Assembly (NCBI GenBank): GCA_964405925.1 | Contig: CAYOQG010000004.1 | Location: forward strand, 1 to 52,668 | Source of the DNA: an uncultured Phycisphaeraceae bacterium | GTDB taxonomy: Bacteria > Planctomycetota > Phycisphaerae > UBA1845 | Length of the DNA: 52,668 nucleotides | Direction of reading: 5' to 3' | Shown: positions 49,248 to 52,668 of the stretch, in pieces | Numbering within the stretch: the first letter of the stretch is position 1 | How the letters are laid out: each line of letters starts with the position of its first letter | Program-made: the position numbers and the translations under genes | Notes under the pieces: generated by a model | The model's input: only the letters and a program-made list of their open reading frames with translations | Told to the model about the DNA's origin: nothing | Database searches by the model: none

Positions 49248-52200
49248 ATGCGCAATGTAGTGGTTGTATCAGCCATCCTGGCAAGTGGTTGCGTCGTGCA
49301 TGCCCAGAGCCATTTGATGCGCTACGCCGACGTGCACCAAGACACCATCGTGTTCACGTACGAAGATGATTTGTGGCTTGTCGGGACGGACGGCGGCGAC
49401 GCCCGCCGTATCACCAACGACCCGGGTAGCGAACGGTGGGCGAAGTTTTCACCCGATGGTAAGCTCATCGCTTTCACCGCCCAGTACGACGGTGGTCACG
49501 ACGTATACGTCATGGACGCCCGCGGTGGTGTACCTACGCGATTGACGTATCATCCGTCGAGTGACCGGGTTCTTGACTGGTTTCCCGACGGCAAGCACAT
49601 CCTGTTCCGGGCGCGTCGCGAGTTCCCGATCCGTGCGGAAATGATCTACAAGGTGTCCATTGACGGCGGGATGCCGGTGAAGCTGCCCGTCGACCGGGCA
49701 GGGTTGACGGCCTTGTCACCCGACGCCAAGCAGATCGCCTACAACCGCATCAGCCGGGAAGCGCGAACGTGGAAGAGACACAAGGGCGGCACCGCTCAGG
49801 ACATCTGGCTGGGAAGCCTGGAGAAAGGTGATTTTCACAAGGCCACCGATTGGGCCGGCACGGATAACTTTCCGATGTGGTCTGGAAACTCGATCTACTT
49901 CACCTCCGACCGCGAGTTTGGGACGCTGAACATTTACAGGTATGACCTGGGCAACGGCAAAATTACGCCGATGACCTCGTACCGAGATTACGACGTGAAA
50001 TACCCGTCGATCGGCCCGGACAAAATCGTCTACCAGTACGGCGAGACGCTACACCTTCTCGATCTGCGCTCGGGCAGGACCCGCATGGTGCCCGTCAACA
50101 TTCCAACTGACCTTGTGCGGATGAGACCGGAGTTTGTAGAGGCCGCTCCGACGAAGGGGTCGTTCAGCCTGTCACCGACGGCCAAGCGAATGCTGCTCGA
50201 AGACCGCGGCGAAATCCTCAATCTACCGGTCGAGGATGGAGATCCCATCAATCTGACGAAGACCAGCGACACGCGTGAGAAGAACGCTGCTTGGTCACCT
50301 GAGGGACGATGGGTGGCGTTCATCTCCGACAAAACCGGCGAAGAGGAGATCTATCTCGTCGATCAGAAGGGCGAAAACGAATGGCGCCAGCTTACTGCCG
50401 GCGGGCAGGGTTTCCGAATGCAGCCAAAGTGGTCACCCGACAGTAAGTGGCTGATCTTCTCGGACAAATATCTGCGGCTCAACCTCGTCGATGCCCAGTC
50501 CGGCGAGATCACGGTGGTCGACCAGGGTGACTACGATGACGGTTGGTATCGTTGGGGGATTCAAGACTATGTCTGGTCGCCCGATAGTCAGTGGATCGCT
50601 TACAGCAAGTTGGAACAAAGCCTCAACGAGGCCATCTTCCTATACTCTCTGGCAGACAAAAAGGTCCACCGTGTGACGGATGACATGTACCCGGACTGGA
50701 GCCCATCGTTCGATCCGCAAGGTAGGTATCTGTACTTCCTTTCTAACCGTACCTTCAACCCGATCATGGGGTTTGTGGATCGTAACCATGTCTTTCTCGA
50801 CATGTGTCGGCCGTACGTCGTTGTACTCAAAGCGGGTGAGCCCACACCGTTCGCCCCCAAGGACTCGCAAGAGGAAGTAAAAGAAGTCGAGGAGAACACT
50901 GCAGACAAGGAGAAGAAGGAAGCGGAGAAGACTGAGGGAGAGGGTAAGAAGGATGGCGATGGTGACGAGGAGGAAAAAACGCACATCGACATCGAGGGGA
51001 TCGAGTCGCGCATCGTAGTGGCCGAGGGTGTTCCCGCCGGGAACTACTTCCGCCTGGAGGCAACCGAGAAAGGTTTCCTTTATCTGGCAAAGGACGAACC
51101 CGAGTTCGAAAAATACCAGACTGTCACCGACGAGACCGGAGGGAAGCTGGACCTTTATCAGTACGACATCGAGAAAAAGAAGACCGAAAAGGTTCTTGAG
51201 GAAATCGCCAACTACCATCTCTCGGCCGACGGGAAGAAACTTGTCTATCGCTCTGGGAGTCAGTATGGTGTGGTCGATGCAGGCAGTAAGGCTTCAGTCG
51301 GCGATGGCAAGGTCGATTTAAGCCAAGTCCATATCCGTGTCGATCGCAATAGAGAATTTTCACAGATCTTCAACGAAGCATGGCGCGTCCAGCGCGACTG
51401 GTTCTATGATCCAGGTATGCACGGCGTGGACTGGGTGGCAATGGGAGAGAAATACCGGAAGTTCGTGCCTGACTGCGGGAACCGCAGTGACCTCAACTAT
51501 CTGATCGGCGAGATGATCGGGGAGCTCAATGTTGGGCACACCTATGTCTTTGGTGGCGACATCGAGGACCAGGCCAAAGAAGTGCCGACCGGACTTTTGG
51601 GCGCCGACTTCGTTGCGGAACCCGGTGCGAACTACTACCGGATAGCCCACATCATTCCGGGTGTACCATGGGACGATTCGGAGCGGTCATCTCTCGCCGA
51701 GTTGGGATGCCCCATCAAAGAGGCTGAGTACCTGATCGCTATAGACGGCGAGCCGGTCACGACGAATGACAACGTCTTTCGATTGTTGCAGGACAAAGCC
51801 GGGACGGTCGTCACACTGACGTACAATGACCGCCCCACCACCGACGGTGCCAAGAAGTACCGCACCAAGACACTGCGAAGTGAACGCGGAATTCGATACA
51901 GGGAGTGGGTCGAGCAGAATCGCGCGTTCGTGGATGCGGCAACAAATGGACAAGTAGGCTATGTGCACATTCCGAATATGGGACAGGCCGGCCTTATTGA
52001 GTTCGCCAAGGTATTCTATTCCCACCATTATAAGAAAGGGTTCGTCATCGATGCACGGTACAACGGTGGTGGGTTCACGTCATCGATGATCATCGACCGA
52101 CTGGAGCGCGAGCTGCTCGGTGTAACCCAGCCACGCGAGGGGAAAGTTCTTCACGAGCCTGAGCGCACGTTCCACGGGCACATGATTGTACTCGTGAACG

Positions 52201-52565
52201 AAGACACGGGTTCGGATGGTGAGAACTTTGCCGATGCTGTTCAGACCAAGAAGCTGGCCCCGGTACTCGGGATGCGGACATGGGGCGGTGCAGTGGGGAT
52301 CGAGCTGCACCAGCCGCTCGTTGACGGCGGTGGAACGACACCACCGCAGTTCGGGTCTATCGGGATAAATGGCCAATGGGCCATCGAGGGAGTAGGCGTT
52401 ATACCGGATATCGAGGTCCAAAACATGCCGGGCGACATGCTCCGCGGGAAGGATGCGCAGCTCGAAACCGGCGTTCAGTATGTTCTCGATCAACTGAGAG
52501 AGGATCCCATGGAGCTTCCATCGGTCCCGGTCTATCCTGACAAGAGTAAGGCATCGGGTATGTAG
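49248..52565 (+). CDS. Tricorn protease homolog (S41, PD40 propellers, PDZ); start may be GTG 49230/49233
   Basis: FSPDG/WSPD repeats, ELNVGHTY, GYVHIP, IDARYNGGG, catalytic GSDGE, GMRTWGG, EGVGVIPDIEV. Confidence 0.95.
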   Translation: MRNVVVVSAILASGCVVHAQSHLMRYADVHQDTIVFTYEDDLWLVGTDGGDARRITNDPGSERWAKFSPDGKLIAFTAQYDGGHDVYVMDARGGVPTRLTYHPSSDRVLDWFPDGKHILFRARREFPIRAEMIYKVSIDGGMPVKLPVDRAGLTALSPDAKQIAYNRISREARTWKRHKGGTAQDIWLGSLEKGDFHKATDWAGTDNFPMWSGNSIYFTSDREFGTLNIYRYDLGNGKITPMTSYRDYDVKYPSIGPDKIVYQYGETLHLLDLRSGRTRMVPVNIPTDLVRMRPEFVEAAPTKGSFSLSPTAKRMLLEDRGEILNLPVEDGDPINLTKTSDTREKNAAWSPEGRWVAFISDKTGEEEIYLVDQKGENEWRQLTAGGQGFRMQPKWSPDSKWLIFSDKYLRLNLVDAQSGEITVVDQGDYDDGWYRWGIQDYVWSPDSQWIAYSKLEQSLNEAIFLYSLADKKVHRVTDDMYPDWSPSFDPQGRYLYFLSNRTFNPIMGFVDRNHVFLDMCRPYVVVLKAGEPTPFAPKDSQEEVKEVEENTADKEKKEAEKTEGEGKKDGDGDEEEKTHIDIEGIESRIVVAEGVPAGNYFRLEATEKGFLYLAKDEPEFEKYQTVTDETGGKLDLYQYDIEKKKTEKVLEEIANYHLSADGKKLVYRSGSQYGVVDAGSKASVGDGKVDLSQVHIRVDRNREFSQIFNEAWRVQRDWFYDPGMHGVDWVAMGEKYRKFVPDCGNRSDLNYLIGEMIGELNVGHTYVFGGDIEDQAKEVPTGLLGADFVAEPGANYYRIAHIIPGVPWDDSERSSLAELGCPIKEAEYLIAIDGEPVTTNDNVFRLLQDKAGTVVTLTYNDRPTTDGAKKYRTKTLRSERGIRYREWVEQNRAFVDAATNGQVGYVHIPNMGQAGLIEFAKVFYSHHYKKGFVIDARYNGGGFTSSMIIDRLERELLGVTQPREGKVLHEPERTFHGHMIVLVNEDTGSDGENFADAVQTKKLAPVLGMRTWGGAVGIELHQPLVDGGGTTPPQFGSIGINGQWAIEGVGVIPDIEVQNMPGDMLRGKDAQLETGVQYVLDQLREDPMELPSVPVYPDKSKASGM

Positions 52566-52668
52566 TCGTCCCTGAAAAAGACACAAACACGGCCGTTGGA
52601 TAAGTGATTCGGAGGAATTGGCAAGCCGCGGCCAGGTTTCGATCCAGTGGATCAGTGCATAAAGGAAC

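Overview
GC-rich bacterial chromosomal segment, most consistent with a Planctomycetota (Phycisphaerae-like) genome. This is inferred from PEP-CTERM/IPTL-CTERM proteins, dockerin-like and GACC-type Cys modules, CxxCGYxxxG..CPECG zinc ribbons and planctomycete-style REP palindromes. About 38 credible CDSs. Housekeeping genes: larC 3' end, RNase HII-like, glnA, mnmE, amrS, gap-pgk-rpe, accD, a class IV aminotransferase and an MscS-family channel. Secreted or envelope proteins: PEP-CTERM, FG-GAP, Cys-rich repeat protein, beta-propeller lipoprotein, M1 peptidase and tricorn protease. Most notable accessory parts: (i) a 205-aa His-rich protein made of 144-nt tandem repeats with a His-striped coiled-coil pattern, next to an ECF sigma factor and a structured leader; (ii) a GT2 plus BshC-like gene pair; (iii) an atypical two-gene PIN cassette with a near-consensus promoter at the mnmE 3' end; (iv) a 68-aa dockerin-like module shared by two unrelated secreted proteins; (v) a TA-flanked MITE-like element inserted into a REP-like palindrome. 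No rRNA, tRNA, CRISPR array, integrase or transposase was seen. All family calls come from motif recognition by eye, not from database searches.
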